Part shown: in pieces, positions 9,783-18,232 of the stretch
Layout: each line of letters opens with the position of its first letter
Numbering within the stretch: the first letter of the stretch is position 1
Virus record (IMG/VR): IMGVR_UViG_3300023174_002543
Location: 303,105-367,104 of that record
DNA length: 64,000 nt
Strand: one strand, 5' to 3'
Notes under the pieces: generated by a model
What the model saw: the letters and a program-made list of their open reading frames with translations, nothing else
Told to the model about the DNA's origin: nothing
Database searches by the model: none
Made by a program: the position numbers and the translations under genes

Positions 9783-11408
9783 TTACCCTACAAGCCAATC
9801 AGTGCCGTTACTGAACACTGGCATATTATTTGATCCGGATCCACCCACTTGTGTTCCAAATGTAGTGGTATTAGCATCAGTAATAAATGCTCTAGTGCCC
9901 GCGCCAGCAATTGATGCAGTAGGTAAAACACTAAATATTGTGGGTATAGTTTTGAATGTAGTACCAACGCTAGTGATATTGGGTTGAGCCGCTGTTGTTA
10001 ATACACCAGTAAAATAATTACTAGTTATAAGATTGCCTAAGTTAGCATTGCCTGCACCTATATTTCCTGTTACAGTTAAACTAGTTAATGTACCGACGCT
10101 AGTAATATTAGGTTGTGCAGCATCTGTTACTGCAGCGGCTGAATCAGCAGTAACTGCACTAGTAGCAACAGTGGCTATTGTAGCAGTTCCGGCAGTTCCG
10201 GCACTAGTTGCATATGTAGCATTAGCAACTACACCAGTAATATTAGTACCTGCTATTGATGTTAATCGACTACCATTACCAATAATATAGTTGCCACTGA
10301 TGTTACCGGTAGCAATTACATTACTCGAATTAATATTAGTTGTAACACTTAAATTACCTAAGGTACCAACACTAGTAATATTGGGCTGTGCGGCTGTAGT
10401 AACCGTTCCGGCTATTGTAGCAGAATCAGCGACATTTGCACTATCAACTTGTCCTACTACATTTGATCCATCAATACTATAAGCAGTTTGAGCCTTAGGA
10501 ATTACTCCAGTGAACCCTGGAATATAATTTGCGTTCATAAATGTTTGAACGTCAAGATTACCATATGTAGCAATTCCACCGGCACCTACATCTGATACCC
10601 ATGTAAGATTACCTAAACCATCTGTACGTAACAATTGATTTGGTGTGCCACCACCAATTTTAATATCAGTAATTGAACCTAACACAACGTCACCTGAAAC
10701 TGTTAATTCAGCTAGTGTACCGACAGTTGTGATATTAGGTTGTGCATTTGCAGTTACAGTAATAGCGGTACTTGCTGCAACAGCAGTTAATAAACTACCA
10801 TTACCACTGAAATAATTACTTGTTGTGAGATTACCTAACGTAGCATTACCCGACGTGATGTTACCGGTTACACTCAAACTTACTAATGTACCTACACTAG
10901 TAATGTTAGGTTGTGCATTTGAATTAACAGCAATATTACCAGTAATATTTGTTGCAACTAAATTACCTGTTAAGGTAAGTGTGCTATTTGTTTTATTAAA
11001 CGTTAGGTTACTTACTCCAGTAGCATCACCTGCGTCATTAAATTGAATTTGTGTATTTGAACCACCGGCTAATCCTATGCCGCCACCTGCGCCCACTACC
11101 CAACCTAAATTTCCATTTCCGTCAGTCTGAAGTATATATCCGTTTGTGCCGCCGGCTATCTTAATGTTGCCTACATCTACGTCAATTACACCAGTAAGCT
11201 GACTAGAATTAATATGGCAGTTTGGGCTATCAGTTAATAACTGAGTAAGTGTAGGTTCTATTCCTACAGGAGGATCCAATACAGGATCGTTACCTATATA
11301 AGCATTTCTAGTGTCGGTAGCAAATCCTAATTCACCGATATCTAACTGAGGTAAATCTGATTCTGCGCCCGTGCGAATTTGTATTTTGGAGATTTGTACT
11401 ATTGCCAT
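9783..11408 (-). CDS. Tail fibre protein with repeated AQPNIT(S/T)VGT units
   Basis: N-terminal QISKIQIRTG..LPQLDIGELGFATD fibre-attachment-type domain; five AQPNITxVGT repeats; LQTDGxGNL motifs. Confidence 0.75.
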   Translation of the reverse strand: MAIVQISKIQIRTGAESDLPQLDIGELGFATDTRNAYIGNDPVLDPPVGIEPTLTQLLTDSPNCHINSSQLTGVIDVDVGNIKIAGGTNGYILQTDGNGNLGWVVGAGGGIGLAGGSNTQIQFNDAGDATGVSNLTFNKTNSTLTLTGNLVATNITGNIAVNSNAQPNITSVGTLVSLSVTGNITSGNATLGNLTTSNYFSGNGSLLTAVAASTAITVTANAQPNITTVGTLAELTVSGDVVLGSITDIKIGGGTPNQLLRTDGLGNLTWVSDVGAGGIATYGNLDVQTFMNANYIPGFTGVIPKAQTAYSIDGSNVVGQVDSANVADSATIAGTVTTAAQPNITSVGTLGNLSVTTNINSSNVIATGNISGNYIIGNGSRLTSIAGTNITGVVANATYATSAGTAGTATIATVATSAVTADSAAAVTDAAQPNITSVGTLTSLTVTGNIGAGNANLGNLITSNYFTGVLTTAAQPNITSVGTTFKTIPTIFSVLPTASIAGAGTRAFITDANTTTFGTQVGGSGSNNMPVFSNGTDWLVG

Positions 11409-11416
11409 AATAGTAT

Positions 11417-12103
11417 TTATACAAATTGCGAGTAGTACTGCTCCAATCTAGTAAACCACATATTTGTATATTTGTCGAATTCAGCACCTTCAATGATGAA
11501 TTCCTGATATACAGCATTAGGGTCGCACATAAAAATCACACCCTTACGTATCTTTGTACCGTGAACTTCATTATGTGCATTAGCATAAGCAGCTAATTGC
11601 ACAAAGTAATCATCGATCCATTCACGTTTCTTGGGTTTATTTGTCTGTTTATGATCCATTATTGCTTCGGATCCATCATGCACTCCGCACAAGTCAGTAG
11701 TACCTGCATATATCTTGGGGTAGTATAATGGAACTTCTGTACCCCAGAATTCATCACAGTTCACTAATCCTTGACTAATAATACTCTGTGCCATGCTATG
11801 ACTTTGAATACTATATGGATTACTGCCAGGGTCTCCTGTTTCGCCGTTCTTAATATAGTTCTCAAGCCACTTGTGCATTCGTGTTCCGCGACCTGCAGCT
11901 TCGGTAGTAATTGCTTGTGCTTGAACAGTGCCCACACGTTTGCGCCAGTTTTGTAATGCTTGCTTGCTTTCTTCACTTTTAGTAGCATCAAGTACTGTAG
12001 TGACACTGGGGAGTTTCTCTCCGTCTGGGGTAAGATATCTACGCTTACCTTCTACTTCAACCCTTTGCATGGGTTGATAGATATATTTGTTTGGATTATA
12101 CAT
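11417..12103 (-). CDS. PD-(D/E)xK exonuclease (RecB/Cas4-like)
   Basis: LPSVTTVL, RGTRMH, YAGTTD..DHKQ, QLAAYA. Confidence 0.85.
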   Translation of the reverse strand: MYNPNKYIYQPMQRVEVEGKRRYLTPDGEKLPSVTTVLDATKSEESKQALQNWRKRVGTVQAQAITTEAAGRGTRMHKWLENYIKNGETGDPGSNPYSIQSHSMAQSIISQGLVNCDEFWGTEVPLYYPKIYAGTTDLCGVHDGSEAIMDHKQTNKPKKREWIDDYFVQLAAYANAHNEVHGTKIRKGVIFMCDPNAVYQEFIIEGAEFDKYTNMWFTRLEQYYSQFV

Positions 12104-12114
12104 AATTATAGTCG

Positions 12115-12143
12115 ATTATAGTCAACTATAGACCAACTGTCAA
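12115..12143 (-). promoter_or_regulatory. sigma70-type promoter of the exonuclease gene
   Basis: TTGACA-17-TATAAT, overlapped by three imperfect 10-bp tandem repeats. Confidence 0.65.
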
Positions 12144-12467
12144 CTATATTCGGAAACTCTCGCCGCATCCACAACGATCACGTTCATTTGGATTTTTAAA
12201 GTCAAACCCTTCATTTAATCCATTGCGTGTATAATCTATTGTCATGCCGTTAAGATAGACCATATCTTTAGTAGATATCAATATAATAAAGTCAGGGTAT
12301 GTTATACGTTCATCAAATGGATCAAACTTTACTTCTTTAACATACTCTAACACATATGCTAAACCACTACAACCCGTAGTACGTACACCTATACGTACAC
12401 CTCTATTATGTGTTTTCGTTAATAGTTGTTTGATTTTATCAACTGCAATATCAGTTAAGTAAACCAT
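12144..12467 (-). CDS. iscA: Fe-S cluster A-type carrier (IscA/HesB family)
   Basis: TTGCSGLAY and CGCGESF motifs. Confidence 0.92.
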   Translation of the reverse strand: MVYLTDIAVDKIKQLLTKTHNRGVRIGVRTTGCSGLAYVLEYVKEVKFDPFDERITYPDFIILISTKDMVYLNGMTIDYTRNGLNEGFDFKNPNERDRCGCGESFRI

Positions 12468-12844
12468 GTTTTTCTTTATAGTTGTTTACAGCTGCTTTGA
12501 TAGCATCTTCTGCAAGTATGCTACAATGTATCTTAACTGGAGGTAATGCTAGTTCTTCGGCGATTTCGGAGTTTTTAATTGATCCGGCTTCATCTAGTGT
12601 TTTACCTTTTACCCATTCTGTGACGAGACTCGAACTTGCGATTGCTGATCCACACCCATATGTTTTAAATCGTGCATCTGTTATTACTCCATCTGTTACT
12701 TTAATTTGTAGTTTCATTACATCGCCGTCAGCCGCATGCCGGAGCACCAACCATCCCGGTGCCGACATGCGCTTCATCCTTGGCGAACGATCCTACATTT
12801 CTTGGGTTTTCATAGTGGTCTATTACTTTATCTGAGTAAGCCAT
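12451..12844 (-). CDS. iscU: Fe-S scaffold IscU, interrupted by a 7-nt stop-containing insert (candidate translational bypass; alternatively a pseudogene or assembly error)
   Basis: True start at 12844 (AGGAG RBS): [18 protein letters not shown]...VGAPACG then TGA (12730-12728). The remainder DVMKLQIKV...[10 protein letters not shown]...LPPVKIHC is in another frame from 12723. Confidence 0.9.
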
Positions 12845-13436
12845 TGTGTTCTCCTAATACTTTGTTTACAATATCTTCTGGTTGGAAGCGATCCCATTTC
12901 GTCCTATTTTCTTCCCCCAGAATCCATTGGAGATTACTTCTACCTCCAATGACTTTTGGATTTATACCTAAATCAAACCCCTGCTTAAAAGGAATAATAT
13001 GATCCAATTGATATTGGTTTTTCATTTTCCCAGTGTCCTTAGGTACTAAACCCTCTTTTTTCATAGCATATCTAGACCTATAGGTTTCTCTCCTACATAA
13101 GTTTCTATATGTTATAAATTCATCATTAATTTCTTTTTTGTGGCGCATGTTGTTGATGCGTCCTTCCCAATTTGGATTATTATGTCCGGTCCACTTGAAT
13201 GATTGAATTGGATTAGACAATCCTTTATTCCAACCTCGGCCCTTTTTTAATCCTTCGGTATTCAATTTAGATTTTTGTTCTTCTGTGAATTTGACACCTT
13301 TATTCCAAGGTTCATATTCTCCTCTGTTCAGGGGATTCTTACATTTTTGTGAGCAGAAATCTAAAAATCTAGGTTTGGTTTCAAACTTTTCATTACAGTA
13401 TCTACAATATTTAATTACACCATACTTGTTTTTCAT
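12828..13436 (-). mobile_element. Free-standing HNH homing endonuclease gene with PWNKG (NUMOD-like) repeats
   Basis: CxxC...FCSxxC, PWNKG/GWNKG, NPNWEG, QLDHIIP...SNLQ...EN HNH motif; own TAAATA promoter; 3' end overlaps the iscU RBS and start. Confidence 0.8.
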
Positions 13437-13466
13437 ACAAGTATTTATCACCTAGGCGTACCCGCA

Positions 13467-13820
13467 TTATCCTAATGGGTTAGGTTTATTTGCTTGTTTA
13501 CTTGCCATTTGTTGCAGGGTCTTTTGATTATCGCCTACTTGCTTTTCTTGGTTACTCATTTGATCCTGCTCTGGCTCTTGACCTTTAAAAATAACTTCGT
13601 TACTATTTAAATCACTAATGATATTACTGAGAGGTTCTTTTTTAACTATGTCAAACAAGTCATCCTTGTCAACAGGAACATCGTGTTTTCTTAATATCTT
13701 TAAAAAAAGTTCTGTTGACAATTTTTGATGCTGGCCCCTATAACGTGATTCTAAATAGCTGGCTACAGCAGTTAGATTGACACGAAGTGGGTCATCATCA
13801 GCAAATTCAAACAATCTCAT
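13467..13820 (-). CDS. Hypothetical protein (MRLFEF N-terminus, possibly head-associated)
   Basis: ORF in late cluster. Confidence 0.6.
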   Translation of the reverse strand: MRLFEFADDDPLRVNLTAVASYLESRYRGQHQKLSTELFLKILRKHDVPVDKDDLFDIVKKEPLSNIISDLNSNEVIFKGQEPEQDQMSNQEKQVGDNQKTLQQMASKQANKPNPLG

Positions 13821-13821
13821 T

Positions 13822-14532
13822 TTAGCGAGTAGGTCTGCCTACGTTTGGCTCTTCTTCTGGTGGCTCTTCTGGAAGCTCTCCGCCACCCATTTCATCACCC
13901 ATTGCAGGTACTTCTTCGTCACTGCCTAATGGTAATTCTTCAGGCATGCCCATGTCACCGCCCATTTCATTACCACCAAAGCCACCACCTTCTCCGGTGA
14001 TAACACCTAATGCTGAACGTAGTCCAGTCTTAGATTGTGCCAATGCAGCTTGTAGTGAGGTCAATGCTTCAGTTACTTGACTTTCAAATTGTTCACTTTC
14101 ATTTGTACCAAATTCTGAACTTACACCTTGAACCACTGCTGGTAATTCTTTTACCAACATATCACTCACACTTTCAATCATCTTTTGCATTTCATCAATC
14201 ATCTCATTAGCTGCCAATACAACTTGTGATTTCTCAACTTCTTCGTTTTCTAATACAATACGTGGATTGTACATTGGAAGAGATTTCAAATCACCATAGT
14301 GATGTGTCAATGCTTGTTCCATGAACATTAGTTTCATGTAACTTGGATTTTGCTCATTTGCAACTCCCTTACTATTTTCTTTCAATTCAGACATTAAACC
14401 CTTGACTTTAGACAACATACGTTTTGTGTCGTAGATGCCCATACCGTCAACATTTAAGTTGGTATTGAAATGCTCTTTCAATGCTTTCTTTGCATTCAAA
14501 GTTGGTTTGTTGTTAAGTTCGTTTAGTTTCAT
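13822..14532 (-). CDS. Hypothetical protein with coiled coil and acidic Gly/Pro tail; possible prohead/scaffold component
   Basis: Composition; TAAATA upstream. Confidence 0.55.
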   Translation of the reverse strand: MKLNELNNKPTLNAKKALKEHFNTNLNVDGMGIYDTKRMLSKVKGLMSELKENSKGVANEQNPSYMKLMFMEQALTHHYGDLKSLPMYNPRIVLENEEVEKSQVVLAANEMIDEMQKMIESVSDMLVKELPAVVQGVSSEFGTNESEQFESQVTEALTSLQAALAQSKTGLRSALGVITGEGGGFGGNEMGGDMGMPEELPLGSDEEVPAMGDEMGGGELPEEPPEEEPNVGRPTR

Positions 14533-14575
14533 AGTTCTTCCTAGAGTGCTAATAATATATTTATCTTTAATTGAA

Positions 14576-15067
14576 TTATTTTGTCAGTTTATCGAATCGT
14601 TGTTCCTGTAGGACTCTGGACAGACCTACAAAATGTTCTAATTCTCTGACAATATTGCTCTTTTTAATCGTTTCTTCATTGAGTTTCGTATATGCTAATG
14701 ACATTGAATCCGTGGTTCTGGTAGATTTTAACAACCGTTTCTGTATTTGGATATGAGAATCTGTACTTGCTAGTAATATATCCAATTCTTCAACTTTCTT
14801 AGCATATAGTATCTTATTGGATTTATCTAATGTAGCCCACATAACTGCATTACGTAAACTGTTAAATCTTTTAGTCGTATATGTATTAAATTTTTCTATT
14901 ATAAAATCACCGGATTTTAGGGTTTTAATTATATATTCATCATACATAATATATCCATTTTCGTCTGGATATATTATGTGCTTTTTAACCTCATTTATAT
15001 TATCTTTATCTAATATACGTTTAAGTATCTTAAACATTCTTTTTTCACTTCTCATGTATAACCTCAA
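14576..15067 (-). CDS. Hypothetical protein
   Basis: ORF fits the minus-strand gene run. Confidence 0.6.
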   Translation of the reverse strand: MRLYMRSEKRMFKILKRILDKDNINEVKKHIIYPDENGYIMYDEYIIKTLKSGDFIIEKFNTYTTKRFNSLRNAVMWATLDKSNKILYAKKVEELDILLASTDSHIQIQKRLLKSTRTTDSMSLAYTKLNEETIKKSNIVRELEHFVGLSRVLQEQRFDKLTK

Positions 15068-15509
15068 AATGTATGTTTTTTAATTCAGGAGTGGTATCTA
15101 AAAAGTTAGGCAGTTTATCCCACTCTGTTCCTACTTTAATCATGGGTACTCCGTCACAATCGTTAAACAAGTTACCCAATTCATTGATCCCATCATCATA
15201 TACTTTATTATGTGGTATAGACATCTCAAAAGACCAACATGTTTGTGCAACATCTTCATTATCAAATAAGAATCCAAATATATCTAACTCACCATCAAAA
15301 ATAATCATGTCTTCTATAGGATCTGTTATATCCTCGGGCTGGCTACGTAACGATAATACTTGTATTATAGTGTCAAAATTAGTCTGTGTATTTCTAGTCT
15401 TTTCCCAACGTTTAGTCTGCTCGGGTGTTCCATTGACGGGAGGTCGTCTGTTCGTGTTACCAGTCTTGGTAATATCAAATAATGTGTAACACTTTAATTT
15501 AAAACTCAT
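15045..15509 (-). CDS. Hypothetical protein
   Basis: ORF with TAAATA 4 nt before the ATG. Confidence 0.7.
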   Translation of the reverse strand: MSFKLKCYTLFDITKTGNTNRRPPVNGTPEQTKRWEKTRNTQTNFDTIIQVLSLRSQPEDITDPIEDMIIFDGELDIFGFLFDNEDVAQTCWSFEMSIPHNKVYDDGINELGNLFNDCDGVPMIKVGTEWDKLPNFLDTTPELKNIHFEVIHEK

Positions 15510-15526
15510 ACAGTATTTATAGAGGT

Positions 15527-15551
15527 AAAAAAACCCGAGAAATTCTCGGGT
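15527..15551 (-). terminator. Intrinsic terminator
   Basis: ACCCGAGA-ATT-TCTCGGGT followed by a U-tract on the minus strand. Confidence 0.8.
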
Positions 15552-15575
15552 CCTTTTATAGTTATTAAACTAAAA

Positions 15576-15992
15576 TTACGCTAATTTGAAACCGTTGTTT
15601 GCAACAGATGCACTTGCTAATGAATAAGAACTGTTAGTGCCGTATGCAGAAACTGTACCTAAGGCCTGAATAGCATCTTCTAAGTCAGAAGCTGTCCATG
15701 CACCAGTTGGGTAAACAGCAATAGACATTGCACCAGAAGCATCTACTTGATAGAAGTGAACAGTAGCCAATTGTGTGATACACTGGATAACTTTTTCTAC
15801 TGCACCGTTTGTGCCTAATTGGTTGTTGTTTGCACTTGTGTACAACTCACCACCTAGGTCCATAGAGAAGAAGTCTAATTTAGGACCAGCGATTTGAACT
15901 GCTGTGCCTAGATTTGCACCACCTGAACCTGCTAATGTGTCGATTGCGAATACTGGTAAAGAATCGCCATGTGTACGTGTTTGAATTGCCAT
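15576..15992 (-). CDS. Probable abundant virion protein (capsid decoration-like)
   Basis: Own late promoter, AAAGGA RBS and own terminator; Ala/Gly-rich 138 aa. Confidence 0.55.
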   Translation of the reverse strand: MAIQTRTHGDSLPVFAIDTLAGSGGANLGTAVQIAGPKLDFFSMDLGGELYTSANNNQLGTNGAVEKVIQCITQLATVHFYQVDASGAMSIAVYPTGAWTASDLEDAIQALGTVSAYGTNSSYSLASASVANNGFKLA

Positions 15993-16070
15993 AATATTTT
16001 TCCTTTAAAAGTTTGAGTCTCATATAGATACTCATACTATTATTTATGCCTAGAAGAAAAAAATGTTGGT

Positions 16071-17255
16071 TTAGCGGCCTAGTAGATTCTGACGGCTGAA
16101 CCCCATTCTGTCTACAAACTTAAACCCATATGCTACATAGCCCTCTTGAGTCTGCGTTCCGTCTTGTAAGTATCCCTTGACTGGACTGTTTTTGCTTGCT
16201 TTGTCTAGTTGTTTAACGACAGGACCTTTTAAGTTATAGATAGCACTCCATATCATAAATGCCCCAATCAACCCTTGCTTATTAATCTCAAAATGTCCGG
16301 GGACTTTCTTGTTAGTAGCTGGATCAACGTATCCAAACATCTTACCCCTAACAGCATCAGTCAATTGCTTACTACTAGCGAACGTCATAAAGTCCTTCAT
16401 TAAATTATTAAAGTTACCCTGTCGTACTTTCTGATTAATAAAACTAGTGAATAAATTGCTGTTTAAGAAACTCTTGCATCCAGCTGGTGCAACTAATAGT
16501 TGGTCTACAGCTTGTCCATATTGTTGAATCAATTGGTCTGCTTTACCTTTCTGTGCTTCACTATATTTTAATTTTGCTTGTATGGGCATTTTACTAGGAA
16601 TAATCGCCACATTTGAACTATTCTGTAACTGTCCTATACTACCATTTAAACTAGTTGCTTCATCTGTGCTAGCGGCATTAGGTTTAATAAATTGATGCAC
16701 TGCGATACCAGCAATTTTACCCTTCATTAATTTACCTACTTCACTATTAACATCTACTGTATAAGTAATTCCGTTTGGATTCGCTTTAAATGTATATAAT
16801 CCGTTATTTTCTTCTAACGGTTGGCTGAACAATAAGTCACCCCAATAATATCCTTGACCCTGGTCTTCTTTACTTAAACCGGGCCATATTTGACTTAGTA
16901 TTTGATGTAATTGTGAGCGGTCAACTCCACGTGCCAAGTCATATTTGCGAAATAATTCAGGAGTATATGCGGTGCGTCCGGATCCGTCACCTTTATTAAA
17001 CATATGCTTATCCATTATTGCAAACTTACCATTGCCACCGCGGCCAAAGATAATTGCAGGATATCCGTCCCATTTAATTGTAACTACATTAGGATTTTGC
17101 ACTGTTGATACAATAGCATTTACTGCTGTTTGTGCATAGCTACTACCACCGATAAAGACTGCATCTTCTGGATGGTCTAAATGCCCCTTAGCTTCTACAA
17201 GCATAGGGGCATTGATGGTTGTTAGGATTTCTAATAATTCACGTATTGAATTCAT
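16071..17255 (-). CDS. Conserved phage protein with KWDG motif (nucleotidyltransferase motif-I-like)
   Basis: HLDHPED, TIKWDGYPAIIFG, WGDLLF, QEGYV, FKFVDR. Confidence 0.55.
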   Translation of the reverse strand: MNSIRELLEILTTINAPMLVEAKGHLDHPEDAVFIGGSSYAQTAVNAIVSTVQNPNVVTIKWDGYPAIIFGRGGNGKFAIMDKHMFNKGDGSGRTAYTPELFRKYDLARGVDRSQLHQILSQIWPGLSKEDQGQGYYWGDLLFSQPLEENNGLYTFKANPNGITYTVDVNSEVGKLMKGKIAGIAVHQFIKPNAASTDEATSLNGSIGQLQNSSNVAIIPSKMPIQAKLKYSEAQKGKADQLIQQYGQAVDQLLVAPAGCKSFLNSNLFTSFINQKVRQGNFNNLMKDFMTFASSKQLTDAVRGKMFGYVDPATNKKVPGHFEINKQGLIGAFMIWSAIYNLKGPVVKQLDKASKNSPVKGYLQDGTQTQEGYVAYGFKFVDRMGFSRQNLLGR

Positions 17256-17974
17256 GGATTAGGTGTATTATTGTATGTTACGTTGCTAGGCGGAGGTGCT
17301 TGTCGTTGTCCACCTGAATAATTAGGAGTAGATTGTGCCGGGGAAGGCGCTGGTGTACTAGACCTACCGCCGTTAGACATTATACTAGAAATAACTTTAG
17401 AATAAGTTTTTGGAGAAATTCTTTGTAATTTCATCAATGACATAGAGATAATATCTGTTAGGTCAATTATATTTTCAGGACTATTTTTCATCCCTCTAAT
17501 TTTACCTAGAATCTGAATAGTCTCAGGATCAAGTTGGGATGAGGCTGCAGGTGCAGTTGGTGCGGCAGCTTGTTGAGTCTGTTGCTGACTGGATCGTTGA
17601 CCACCACTAGGTAGCATCAATGCAATATTATAAACTACACTAGCTAATTGTTGTACTGTTTGTGGACTTGGATTAGCAGTGACCGCTTGTTTAGCATTAT
17701 CTAAACTTTGTTGATATGTTCCAGGTAAATTACTAGCGTCCCAGTTATTTTTTCTAAAATACATATCTAAAAAATCATCTATATTTAAATTAGGATGAAT
17801 TTTATGTTCTCTGTTATATTGTTGTGTGAAAAGTTTGATAAAGTTTTTTTCATGTTCTGGATCAATTCCAGTAGAATTTGAACCGCGCATTTTTTTAAGT
17901 GCATATCCAGCCGCCATTTTCCATGGATCAATTCCTAAAAAGGCTTCATTAACATTAAATTCATTAGATTTCAT
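17252..17974 (-). CDS. Hypothetical protein (MKSNEF..NE N-terminus, Q/P/A-rich linkers)
   Basis: ORF coupled to its neighbours. Confidence 0.65.
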   Translation of the reverse strand: MKSNEFNVNEAFLGIDPWKMAAGYALKKMRGSNSTGIDPEHEKNFIKLFTQQYNREHKIHPNLNIDDFLDMYFRKNNWDASNLPGTYQQSLDNAKQAVTANPSPQTVQQLASVVYNIALMLPSGGQRSSQQQTQQAAAPTAPAASSQLDPETIQILGKIRGMKNSPENIIDLTDIISMSLMKLQRISPKTYSKVISSIMSNGGRSSTPAPSPAQSTPNYSGGQRQAPPPSNVTYNNTPNP

Positions 17975-18209
17975 CGTTTTTCCTTATACTCTTGGAAAAA
18001 CGATCCTGGTCTCTGGATTTAATAGCGTTTAATAATTTGCGTTCAAGTATCGCAGCCTTCTCACTATCATAATGTTTATTAATCATTTCTAATAAATTAA
18101 TAGCACTTGTGATGATGTTGTGGGCACGGCTCTCAATAATGTGCTTAGTGTCACGATTATTACCAATTATTTCTAATTCTTCTAAAAGGCTGCGGGTTTT
18201 CTTTTGCAT
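17964..18209 (-). CDS. Hypothetical protein
   Basis: 81-aa ORF after TAAATA. Confidence 0.65.
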   Translation of the reverse strand: MQKKTRSLLEELEIIGNNRDTKHIIESRAHNIITSAINLLEMINKHYDSEKAAILERKLLNAIKSRDQDRFSKSIRKNDEI

Positions 18210-18232
18210 AATGTAAGATGTCCTACATATAT

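Noticed and set aside
9960-10920. Repeats in the tail fibre gene as DGR template/variable repeats
   Set aside because: They are in-frame protein repeats differing mainly at synonymous positions, not adenine-specific changes, and no RT is present.
8695-11046. Many plus-strand ORFs antisense to structural genes (also throughout the window)
   Set aside because: They are shadow ORFs of codon-biased minus-strand genes, with no RBS or recognisable motifs.
12728-12730. UGA in iscU as selenocysteine or simple read-through
   Set aside because: The Cys codon is already present two codons earlier, and the downstream half is out of frame, so read-through alone cannot restore the protein.
12724-12777. 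ORF-track N-terminus [18 protein letters not shown] for iscU
   Set aside because: It is an off-frame reading with no RBS; the real IscU N-terminus is encoded from 12844 in another frame.
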